Below, in pieces: positions 1 to 8,314 of a stretch of 64,000 nt of DNA. The position numbers and the translations under genes were made by a program. The notes under the pieces are model-generated. The model did not search any database. It was not told the origin of the DNA and saw only the letters and a program-made list of their open reading frames with translations. Every line of letters begins with the position of its first letter. Position 1 is the stretch's first letter. This DNA comes from a virus. Location of the stretch: positions 64,001 to 128,000 of the IMG/VR virus record IMGVR_UViG_3300035698_018280. One strand, given 5' to 3'.

Positions 1-3
1 TAC

Positions 4-1536
4 TCATTTCCAATCTCTGATCTCAAACTTTGGTTCGGTTTCATATATTTGACGACGCTTACGAGAATGACCAAGCATGTATTTCATGTTATCTTGGAAA
101 TCGACAACAAACGCATCTTTCTTTATAAAACCACTCGCTTCTTCTGAATAAGGTCTAATGATACGACCGACTCGCTGTAGGGCTCTCGTTTGACTCTTAC
201 CGCTCCCGCCAAGGATAAGGCCATCCAGAGGCTTTACATCAACGCCTTCGTCAAAGATGCTTGTAGAGATTGTGATGCTAGCTTCTCTCTGCCTCATTTT
301 AGTAAGTCGATCAACTCTTTGCTTTTCAGTATGAGAACCATGAATAAAAAAGCTGTCAGGAATCATTGCTTCTAAAGTTGTTCCATGCTCAATGAATCGA
401 ACAAGGATAAGAACCTGGCGACCATGCTCAACCATTTTTTGAGCAACATTAGAAATCATTAGATTACGATCCGCATTCTCTACGATGCCTTCTTTGTAAA
501 CTGTTTGGTATGCTCCTTCAAGATTTGGCAAACGGTTATGAACAAAGTAAATCGTAGGCTTGACAAGAAAATCTCGATCGATCAAAAATGAAGCGTTGAT
601 GTCTGCTATAGCCTTGCCAAAACAAGCATCAATAAGCATATCGTCGCCAAGGTCTCTCCATGGCGTAGCACTCAATCCATAACGGTTGCGAGCGCTATAA
701 GATGCTTCTGAAATTGCTTGACAAGTTTTTGCAGCCCAATGCTGTACCTCATCACATACCATGACATTAGCAGAATGAATTAGGTCTTTAATTTCTTTCT
801 TCTGCTTATCGTTTAGTTTTTGCTTGTCTCGCTTAGCGCCATCATCTTCTTCGTCGTATGGCGTATAGCGATGTCCAAGCGCACGAATAGCGGTCTGAAC
901 AGTCATAACGGTGATCGGTTGTATGTTGAACTTACCGCCGCCGACCTCGCCGACCTCAATATCCTGTCCATTTTTACGAATGAACTTCTCAAGCTCATCT
1001 TTCGCCTGCTTGCGTAGGTCATTTGATGTGACATAGAAGATCGTTGGCTCGCAACCAAGTTCGGCTATAATACTAGCAGAAAGGGCCGTTTTTCCCCCGC
1101 CTGTCGCGACTTTTATAATGCCCCTACCTATATTACAAGCATCGTCTCGTATAATAGATTGATAGTCTCTGGGCTCGAACCAGTCAGACATAGAGTAGCC
1201 GCCAACCTTGTGGGTGGCTGCTCTTGCATCAACAAGGCCAACAGTTCTACCAGTTATTTTAAAGAACTCGCGAGCCCTAGAAAGCAGTCCGCTTGGAAAG
1301 CTGATCTCTTTAGTTTTTCTATTGTATTGAACGGTTGTTTGAACGCCGTCCCAATTTTTTACCCAAGAAGTATTCTTGCCTTGAGATGCCAACTTTTTCT
1401 CAAGCTGTCGAGCGCGCCAAATCGCCTTATCATCGGAAAAACCGAGATATTTCTTAAATGCATCATACGTTGATTTGTCCAAATGTCCGTCAACACTAGT
1501 ATTGACGTTTTGAACCCGCAATTTAATATGGGTCAT
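4..1536 (-). CDS. SF2 DExH-box DNA helicase, UvsW/Rad25-like
   Basis: Q motif PRDYQ, Walker A ATGGGKT, Walker B DEVQH, motif III SAT, motif V FDEGVD, motif VI QRVGRIIR; about 500 aa, like phage UvsW helicases. Confidence 0.9.
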   Translation of the reverse strand: MTHIKLRVQNVNTSVDGHLDKSTYDAFKKYLGFSDDKAIWRARQLEKKLASQGKNTSWVKNWDGVQTTVQYNRKTKEISFPSGLLSRAREFFKITGRTVGLVDARAATHKVGGYSMSDWFEPRDYQSIIRDDACNIGRGIIKVATGGGKTALSASIIAELGCEPTIFYVTSNDLRKQAKDELEKFIRKNGQDIEVGEVGGGKFNIQPITVMTVQTAIRALGHRYTPYDEEDDGAKRDKQKLNDKQKKEIKDLIHSANVMVCDEVQHWAAKTCQAISEASYSARNRYGLSATPWRDLGDDMLIDACFGKAIADINASFLIDRDFLVKPTIYFVHNRLPNLEGAYQTVYKEGIVENADRNLMISNVAQKMVEHGRQVLILVRFIEHGTTLEAMIPDSFFIHGSHTEKQRVDRLTKMRQREASITISTSIFDEGVDVKPLDGLILGGSGKSQTRALQRVGRIIRPYSEEASGFIKKDAFVVDFQDNMKYMLGHSRKRRQIYETEPKFEIRDWK

Positions 1537-1796
1537 AAGCTGATAAGGTTTTTCTTGATATCGCGCTGCATCACAGGAACATCTATACCTAGTTGATAAA
1601 TACGCTTCTTCAATTCTTTTTTTCGTCGTTTACGCTTCTTCGGGTCTTGCTCGAAGTATTCCATGATTTCTTCTTCAGAAGGATCTCTGGGCCTCTGGCT
1701 TAAACCGCCAGGATGCCTATCTCGATTGACAAAACCGGGTTGATCATCCCAGCTAGCCGCTCGCTTTTTAAATCCTTCAGTCTGAATTACTCTCAT
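1533..1796 (-). CDS. small basic hypothetical protein (probable start MRVIQTEGFKK at 1796)
   Basis: Fills the gap between coupled genes; GGGAG SD-like sequence precedes ATG 1796; ATGA overlap with the helicase start; Lys/Arg-rich tract. Confidence 0.6.
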   Translation of the reverse strand: MRVIQTEGFKKRAASWDDQPGFVNRDRHPGGLSQRPRDPSEEEIMEYFEQDPKKRKRRKKELKKRIYQLGIDVPVMQRDIKKNLISL

Positions 1797-2028
1797 CGAT
1801 ACTCCCGCCAAGTTCTACAACTCGTCGCTCTATGTTATTAACAAGATGCTTAACGCCATCTGATACGCCTTGAAGCTGTTCATAAGAAACAACTTGCTGA
1901 CCGTTTCTAAGCAAATTCTTAGAGCTTTCAATCTTTGTCCAAAGAACACGCATCTTTTGCGAAAGATAATTATCAAACTCTAGTTCTGTGAAATCCCCAT
2001 TTACCACTTCTTTTATTTCTTCACTCAT
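1777..2028 (-). CDS. hypothetical helical protein, 83 aa
   Basis: GGAG SD upstream; co-directional packing. Confidence 0.65.
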   Translation of the reverse strand: MSEEIKEVVNGDFTELEFDNYLSQKMRVLWTKIESSKNLLRNGQQVVSYEQLQGVSDGVKHLVNNIERRVVELGGSIDESNSD

Positions 2029-2040
2029 TACTTCGTCTCC

Positions 2041-3105
2041 TTACCAAATTCTATTATCAGACAATAGTGCCTGAAGCGTTTGCATACCGTCTACACTATC
2101 TAATTGGTCCAAATCTCGTTGAACATCTAATAGCAGTTCAAATGGTGCTTCGTCCAAACCTCGACTTCTTCTCTCTGTTTCCACCCTTTGCCATAGTTCA
2201 TCAGTAAAAGGTTTCCAATTTTGATAGACTGTCCAGTCTTCAGATCGGGCAGGTTCTAAAAACTTCTCCATCAGCCCCATGTACCACCAGTTGTGAGTAT
2301 TACCCTCAGCCTGTGCTTCCTTGACCTTCTTCTCTTCTGTTTTGCCATTGATTGCTAGTCGCTCTAGATCTTCAGACTGGCAAAGAATAGAAAGCGTACC
2401 AAAGAAATCAGCCTCATCTCGGTCTTCGACATAAACCATCTGCACAAAAGAAATCATACGTTCCTTCATAAAGAAGTTCGCAAAAAGGTCTCTAATAATA
2501 GCCTCAGCCTCATCCCCAAAATGAGCCCTTGTCGCTTCTACTAGCATATATGCTGATCTAATAGAGTCTCTACCAACATCTAAATTCATAAAAACAAATG
2601 GAAACTCGTCTTTATCCAGATTAGCTTTTGGCATTTCTTTTTCAGTAATAAGTCGAGCAACATCAACAATCGACGACTTAGAAGCTAGGACTCTAACATT
2701 TTTGCAAGGCGCATCCCTGGATGGGCATATGATATTCTTTAACAGAATCCAAGGCAAAGGACATTGGTCGAGTCGCATAGGTACAACTTCATCAGGTTCT
2801 ATTGAATCAAAACCGCAATGGGGACTATGCTTGAAATCCTTAACAAGAGCCAATACCATCATCATCGCATCTCTGCGAGCATCATCTGGTATATCGCTCA
2901 AAAAATACTGTAGATAAAGAAATATAATAGAAAAAATCGTCTTCTGTAAAGACCCGTTTTCCTGTAGATAAAACACGCCATCACGATGTTCAGGGCCTTC
3001 TTCTCCGAAGACTACTTCAACATCAACAAATTCGCAATCAAACCTAAAACATAAAAGTTCAATGGTTTTCTTTGCTAGAGCAAAATCACTTATCTGAGCG
3101 TCCAT
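2041..3105 (-). CDS. hypothetical protein, 354 aa
   Basis: Long co-directional ORF with GAGG before the ATG; no family recognised. Confidence 0.75.
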   Translation of the reverse strand: MDAQISDFALAKKTIELLCFRFDCEFVDVEVVFGEEGPEHRDGVFYLQENGSLQKTIFSIIFLYLQYFLSDIPDDARRDAMMMVLALVKDFKHSPHCGFDSIEPDEVVPMRLDQCPLPWILLKNIICPSRDAPCKNVRVLASKSSIVDVARLITEKEMPKANLDKDEFPFVFMNLDVGRDSIRSAYMLVEATRAHFGDEAEAIIRDLFANFFMKERMISFVQMVYVEDRDEADFFGTLSILCQSEDLERLAINGKTEEKKVKEAQAEGNTHNWWYMGLMEKFLEPARSEDWTVYQNWKPFTDELWQRVETERRSRGLDEAPFELLLDVQRDLDQLDSVDGMQTLQALLSDNRIW

Positions 3106-3550
3106 CCTCGTCCTTATCCTTATCTAAATTTTTCAGCCTCTTAATCTCTTCATCGTCTATTCCGATGACTCGCAAAAAATCTTCATGAGAATTACAGGAA
3201 GCAAGATATTTTTTGAAGCGTTCAAACTCTTTGTTCGATATTTTGCTCTTTGATACCTTGTTCCTAGCAGCCTTACGAGCCTCAACAAAGGTATCTAGCA
3301 TATTTTGCAGCATATCTTGAGCCGTAAGCTCTGCGTCATCTGGATCTGCTAGCCATATCGTTCGTTTGTCGCAAGAAGGACAATGATATTCAAACATTAG
3401 AAGAACTTCGCCTTTTTGAGGAAGACGAGGTGATTCTCTGCGTTCTTTAAGACCTATAGCTTCAACGCATTTAGGATCAGTTTGTTTTTCGCAAACTGGG
3501 CATTTCCTGTCCGTAAGATATGGTAGAGCCCACCTTGGTAGAGGCATCAT
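3086..3550 (-). CDS. zinc-ribbon protein (CPVC...CPSC); probable start MMPLPRW at 3550
   Basis: Two CxxC pairs; AAGGAG SD 7 nt before ATG 3550. Confidence 0.75.
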   Translation of the reverse strand: MMPLPRWALPYLTDRKCPVCEKQTDPKCVEAIGLKERRESPRLPQKGEVLLMFEYHCPSCDKRTIWLADPDDAELTAQDMLQNMLDTFVEARKAARNKVSKSKISNKEFERFKKYLASCNSHEDFLRVIGIDDEEIKRLKNLDKDKDEDGRSDK

Positions 3551-4934
3551 TTTTAGACTCCTTTGGCGAACGGTCTGCGTCAAGGTTAACGTCGTACCTA
3601 AACGTTATGCCTCTTTTATCATGTATTCCGAAAATCTTCTGCTCTGCCCTTGTTCCGGGTAGACAGTTTTTCAATGAATAGACATCTGAGCCTACAAAAG
3701 AACCATTCATAAGACATTTACCATTGCTGCTAGTGATTTCAGATGCGTTATGAAAGTGGCCAGCCAATGTGTAGTGAGCATGATCATTGACGAAGCCAGC
3801 CATTTTTCGTTCAATTTCCAAGAATGAAGCAATAGGAGGGTTCTTGCCTTTGGCGTCATCTCCATGCATCATCAGGAACTTATGATTTCTGATTTCTGCC
3901 ATATGCCACCATGATTTAGGAACATGGAACTTGATACGAGGATTGTTACGAAATTCTTGTTCTAAGAATAAGTAAACAACTCTGTCCCAGTTGCTATAGT
4001 CTTTCTCAGCGCCGCTCTTGGCAACTCGCCCATGGTTTCCTCGAATACCATAGAACTCAATTTCTTCAAATATCGTTAGCCAATACCAGATAGCATCAGA
4101 TAACGATCTCATACCAATAATGACCTGTTCCATGATTGGCGTACCAATATAAACAGGAGACCATGCGCCAACATCGTTCATACCATCAACAACATCGCCG
4201 AGACTAAAGATGTGCAATTTAGGGATTTTGTAAAGATGCGAATGAATCTCGTAGATATCAGCAACCGCATATTTGAGATTAGAAAGTCGTTGCTCATACA
4301 TCTTGATATTATACTGAGAAATACCGCCAGTTTCTTCAAGCGAATGCTCATGGCCGATATGAAGATCACTCAACATAAGCCCCATATCTTCAGGACAGCT
4401 TTGATATTTCTCTCTCCTAGGCTTCCATTTAGACAGAGGAGCCCTGGGTAGTCTGTCTGCGGCTTCTGCGAGAGCATCCCCAATAGAGTCCGATCGCATT
4501 CTCCAACGGTCCAGAGACCTGTTGACGTTGTTCTCAGTCTTAGTCTTGAATGTATCCAACGCACGTTTATGAGCCCTGGATTTCATACTGTTTGCATATG
4601 GTTTTTGAGACCAATCTGTTTTACCATAAACATCTCGGCAAGAGTTATACGCTCTTCCAAGAGTACGGGAAATTAATGAATACGGCAAATTATCAAGACG
4701 ACTCTCGAAAAGATACTGAAGTTCATCTTCTTCCCATGGCGAGGAAGATTTTACAGGAGTCAAATCATCATTGATTTCTCCATTATTAAATGCATCCCAA
4801 TTAAACTCTTTGAATTTACATTGAACAGAATCTAAGCTACGTCCTAGGGAACGTGCGATTGTTGTCCAATCGTGATTTGCTTTGCGTTTGTCGTGCAGTG
4901 CTGCTAGTTCTTCGAGTGTCCATTTGCGAGCCAT
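3477..4934 (-). CDS. calcineurin-like metallophosphoesterase/nuclease with two N-terminal Myb/SANT-like HTH repeats
   Basis: All five MPE motifs present: SDLHIG, GDVVDG, GNHG, MHGD, GHFH. N-terminal repeats WTLEELAAL..IARSLGRS and WEEDELQYL..ISRTLGRA. Confidence 0.85.
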   Translation of the reverse strand: MARKWTLEELAALHDKRKANHDWTTIARSLGRSLDSVQCKFKEFNWDAFNNGEINDDLTPVKSSSPWEEDELQYLFESRLDNLPYSLISRTLGRAYNSCRDVYGKTDWSQKPYANSMKSRAHKRALDTFKTKTENNVNRSLDRWRMRSDSIGDALAEAADRLPRAPLSKWKPRREKYQSCPEDMGLMLSDLHIGHEHSLEETGGISQYNIKMYEQRLSNLKYAVADIYEIHSHLYKIPKLHIFSLGDVVDGMNDVGAWSPVYIGTPIMEQVIIGMRSLSDAIWYWLTIFEEIEFYGIRGNHGRVAKSGAEKDYSNWDRVVYLFLEQEFRNNPRIKFHVPKSWWHMAEIRNHKFLMMHGDDAKGKNPPIASFLEIERKMAGFVNDHAHYTLAGHFHNASEITSSNGKCLMNGSFVGSDVYSLKNCLPGTRAEQKIFGIHDKRGITFRYDVNLDADRSPKESKNDASTKVGSTISYGQEMPSLRKTN

Positions 4935-5682
4935 AATTACTCCCGAGCCTTTGTTCTTTTAGCTGAGACTTAAATTCTCGCCAAACTATCATGTGGGCTC
5001 TTATCATTTCTTCTTTGTGTTTTCCAGTCATCCCATCAGGGTTTGTTCTGTATCTAATGAGCGGTTTCTTTATATTTGCCATTTTGCGACCTGCGAGAAT
5101 AGCTCTACACCAAAGGTCCATGTCTGGAACCGTGTATATCTCAGTTCTCGTCGTATATCCGCCTAGCTCAAGAAAATCCTCTCGTAGAAACATTGTTGTC
5201 GGATCTATCATTGGATTCTGACATCGGTACAATTGACCTACGATTTGTTCATGCGATGTCTTGGGGTAGTCCATTTCGCCCAACGGCTCGCTTTCTAAAT
5301 CAATTTTTAGAGCATGTCCGCCAACACAAAATACATCAGGATTAGATTCAAGAAATTCAAACTGCTCACTCAGTCTGTATGGAAGACTAATATCGTCCCC
5401 ATCATGGATAGCAATGTACTTTCCTTTGGCCATACGAATTGCCTGGTTCCTCCGACGAGGAATCCTTATGTTATCACTGTCGTCTATTAGACGAACGGAA
5501 ACCCCAGCTAGACACGCAAAATCGTAATCGCACACGATATCCCAAGTCAAATCTGTAGAACCATCATTCATAATTAACCATTCAAAATCTCTAAATTTAT
5601 TCTGTTGACAAATAGATTCAAGAGATTCTTTTATATACTTTTCACAATTGTAAACAGGTGTAATTATGCTAACTGATGGCAC
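4837..5682 (-). CDS. glycosyltransferase family 2 (probable GTG start at 5682)
   Basis: VSIITPVYN, NDGSTD, HDGDD (DxD), DMDLW; AAGGAG SD before the GTG. Confidence 0.9.
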   Translation of the reverse strand: MPSVSIITPVYNCEKYIKESLESICQQNKFRDFEWLIMNDGSTDLTWDIVCDYDFACLAGVSVRLIDDSDNIRIPRRRNQAIRMAKGKYIAIHDGDDISLPYRLSEQFEFLESNPDVFCVGGHALKIDLESEPLGEMDYPKTSHEQIVGQLYRCQNPMIDPTTMFLREDFLELGGYTTRTEIYTVPDMDLWCRAILAGRKMANIKKPLIRYRTNPDGMTGKHKEEMIRAHMIVWREFKSQLKEQRLGSNYGSQMDTRRTSSTARQTQSKSRLDNNRTFPRT

Positions 5683-6424
5683 TGCAATTCTCCTTTGCCC
5701 AGTTATATAGCTCAATATCATATCTATTAAAATCTTCTAATAAATCATTGACTTTTTTACTGTAATCTTCTGGATTGCGAGATAAATGACTTTTAGTGAT
5801 GCCGCAAAAATAATCTGAATCAGGAATTCTAACTTTATCACCGAACTTTTCACCTACAGTAATTTCTCCAAAATCATCAAGCGAATCCGTATATCCTATC
5901 TTTATGTTTTGAAGATTGATTTTAGCCCTTTCATAAGCTTCATCCATTGGATATCCTTCTCTCCAACACCCTGCGCCGAATGGCTCTCTTATAGCTTTAT
6001 TCTCCATGAAATCATTAACATAAATATCTGGAAGAACACCGCTAAGTTGTCTTGTTAGAAAATTGAAGTTCTTATTTAATTCTCTATAGCGATCAAGCTG
6101 TTTTATAATAGATTCTTCGCTACAGGATTCTTTGGTCTTAAAATATCTTTTGTTATAGAATGCTAAAATAGATAGCATTCGTATTTTAGGTTCCCTCAAA
6201 ATTGTGTAATATGAAGCATCTAAGCCAAAACATTCGTGAAATCCATACGGAAGATGACCATGTATCCAACAATCATCAACAACATCTAAAGGCATACCTT
6301 TTGCTTTTCTCCATGCATATTTACGAAAAGTAACCGGAACTAATGTCTTGTTATGATCCAGTAACAGATTTATAAACGAATGACCACCTGTCTTCGGTAT
6401 ATGTAGGAATATATTAACTTTCAT
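5669..6424 (-). CDS. PAPS-dependent sulfotransferase (Sulfotransfer_2-like); probable start MKVNIF at 6424
   Basis: 5'-PSB motif FLHIPKTGGHS, IHGHLPYG, 3'-PB motif LREPKIRMLS, C-terminal NRYDIELYNWA. Confidence 0.8.
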   Translation of the reverse strand: MKVNIFLHIPKTGGHSFINLLLDHNKTLVPVTFRKYAWRKAKGMPLDVVDDCWIHGHLPYGFHECFGLDASYYTILREPKIRMLSILAFYNKRYFKTKESCSEESIIKQLDRYRELNKNFNFLTRQLSGVLPDIYVNDFMENKAIREPFGAGCWREGYPMDEAYERAKINLQNIKIGYTDSLDDFGEITVGEKFGDKVRIPDSDYFCGITKSHLSRNPEDYSKKVNDLLEDFNRYDIELYNWAKENCSAIS

Positions 6425-7538
6425 TATTGGCATGTTCTGCTGTGAAGACTTCATGATATTTTTTACTTATATTATTCCAGTCAAATTCCTTGAGAATCTG
6501 CTGATATCCATCTTCTGCTTTTTCTTTACGAAGTTTTTCGCTTGACAACAACTCATCTAAATGCTGAGCAAAACTCTCATGCATAACGCTGTTATACAAC
6601 CATCGACCGCCTGATTTCTTCGCCCCATTAACTATAAAGCCTCCGTCTAATTGATCCATGTTGCCAACATTCAATGAAACCCATGGCAGCTTACTCGCCA
6701 TAGCTTCAAGAGCAACAAGCGGCGCAACCTCAACCTGAGAAGGAAATGCAAAGATATCCGCATCTAAAAACGCCTGAATTGTGTCATCGCGAGGAATATC
6801 AATCAAAAGCTTACTATCAAAGCTGGCTTTCTTCAATGCTTCTTTATGGCGATGCCTCATAACATTTGCTGGTTGAAAATTAACACTGGTGCAAATAAAA
6901 ACTGCTACAAAGTCTTTGCCTCTAGCTCTAAGCTTTTTAAGAACATGCATTAGATGTTCTTGGCCTTTTCCTGGGAAGAAATTAGAAACGCACAAAATCA
7001 TTGGTTTATCAGGAATACGGTACTTCTTTCTAAATGAAAATCCCTTATCCTGAAACTCTGTCAAATCAATAGCATTAGGAATAACATTGACCTCAGCACC
7101 CATCGCTCGGCATGTCTGATAATCTAGGTAATTGTTTGAATGGGTTATTATCGAGAAGTGTTTATGATTTCTGCGAAAAACTCTACCTACATCTCCGTGG
7201 CTGCGCATAAAATTCATGCCAACCATCGCTATGCTCTTCGAGCAATTAATCTTATCGGCTCGACGAATGGTTGTCTCCCATTGCATAAATGAATCGCTAT
7301 AAACCATATAATGATCTGGTTTTAGACCATTTATCTGCCTTATATAAGCATCTGGGTCTCGATTGACAGGATGTATTTTGACGCCATTATGCTCTATAGT
7401 TTTATTGGCAAAGTGAGTCAAGACATGGCAATCCATGCCAAAATCTTTTGTCATAGATTCTGTTATCTGTTGAACTACTTTTTCCGATCCGCCTATATGA
7501 TGCGGAGCCGAATGATTAACGCCTATTACAAGTCGCAT
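6414..7538 (-). CDS. glycosyltransferase family 4 (GT-B, retaining)
   Basis: GGSE N-terminal loop, VIPNAID, KGQEHL, FPSQVEVAPLVALEAMA (E-x7-E). Confidence 0.9.
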   Translation of the reverse strand: MRLVIGVNHSAPHHIGGSEKVVQQITESMTKDFGMDCHVLTHFANKTIEHNGVKIHPVNRDPDAYIRQINGLKPDHYMVYSDSFMQWETTIRRADKINCSKSIAMVGMNFMRSHGDVGRVFRRNHKHFSIITHSNNYLDYQTCRAMGAEVNVIPNAIDLTEFQDKGFSFRKKYRIPDKPMILCVSNFFPGKGQEHLMHVLKKLRARGKDFVAVFICTSVNFQPANVMRHRHKEALKKASFDSKLLIDIPRDDTIQAFLDADIFAFPSQVEVAPLVALEAMASKLPWVSLNVGNMDQLDGGFIVNGAKKSGGRWLYNSVMHESFAQHLDELLSSEKLRKEKAEDGYQQILKEFDWNNISKKYHEVFTAEHANNES

Positions 7539-7562
7539 ATGTTCTTCGCCTTTTCAAATCTT

Positions 7563-8300
7563 TTATTGCAAGACGGGTACAGGATGCTGCCTCATTGGTC
7601 GAACCTTTTTACCTCGCCACTTCTCAAGAAACTTCGTTCTACTACGCTTAAACAATTCGAGACGACGAGGATTTTTTCCTAAAGTCTGATGCGGCAAATG
7701 AATAACTCTCGCTTTATAATTCCAACATAATTTATAGCCAGCATCCATCGCTCTGAAACAAAAATCAGGATCTTCATAGTAACAAGGATTAAATCGTTTA
7801 TCAAACATCCCTAGCTTGATAGGGATTTCGCCCTTCATCAACATGCCTCCACATCCGACATATGTCCAGGGTTCATTGGGCCTCTTACATTGGTGAACCG
7901 GAATAAAATCATTACTCATTAACCAGGCTTCTACTCCTACAACATCTGCATTTGATTGTTCTAGAACATCATGATGGTGCTGAAGCCAGTCAGATTGTAC
8001 ATACTGATCATTATCTAAAAAGTTAATATATTCAGGCCTATCAGCTAGAGATTGATAAATATTAAAACCATGATTTCGACCGCCTATAACTCCTAAATTA
8101 TTGTCATTGCAGGCTAAAGTAATATCGTCTCGCTCAGAAGCAAGATCACCGAGATATTCAACGGAACCATCTGTGGAACCATTATCAATCATAATAACAT
8201 GAAAATTTTCTGTATGGGCAAAAAGATGAGTGAAGAACTTTTTTGTTACTTCAAGCCCATTATAGTTCAGTACAACGATAGCGGTTTTGGGATGGCTCAT
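7563..8300 (-). CDS. glycosyltransferase family 2 (rhamnosyltransferase-like subgroup)
   Basis: VVLNYNG, IDNGSTDGS, NLGVIGGRN, FLDND, YYEDPDFCFR. Confidence 0.9.
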   Translation of the reverse strand: MSHPKTAIVVLNYNGLEVTKKFFTHLFAHTENFHVIMIDNGSTDGSVEYLGDLASERDDITLACNDNNLGVIGGRNHGFNIYQSLADRPEYINFLDNDQYVQSDWLQHHHDVLEQSNADVVGVEAWLMSNDFIPVHQCKRPNEPWTYVGCGGMLMKGEIPIKLGMFDKRFNPCYYEDPDFCFRAMDAGYKLCWNYKARVIHLPHQTLGKNPRRLELFKRSRTKFLEKWRGKKVRPMRQHPVPVLQ

Positions 8301-8314
8301 ATCATCCTATCGTC

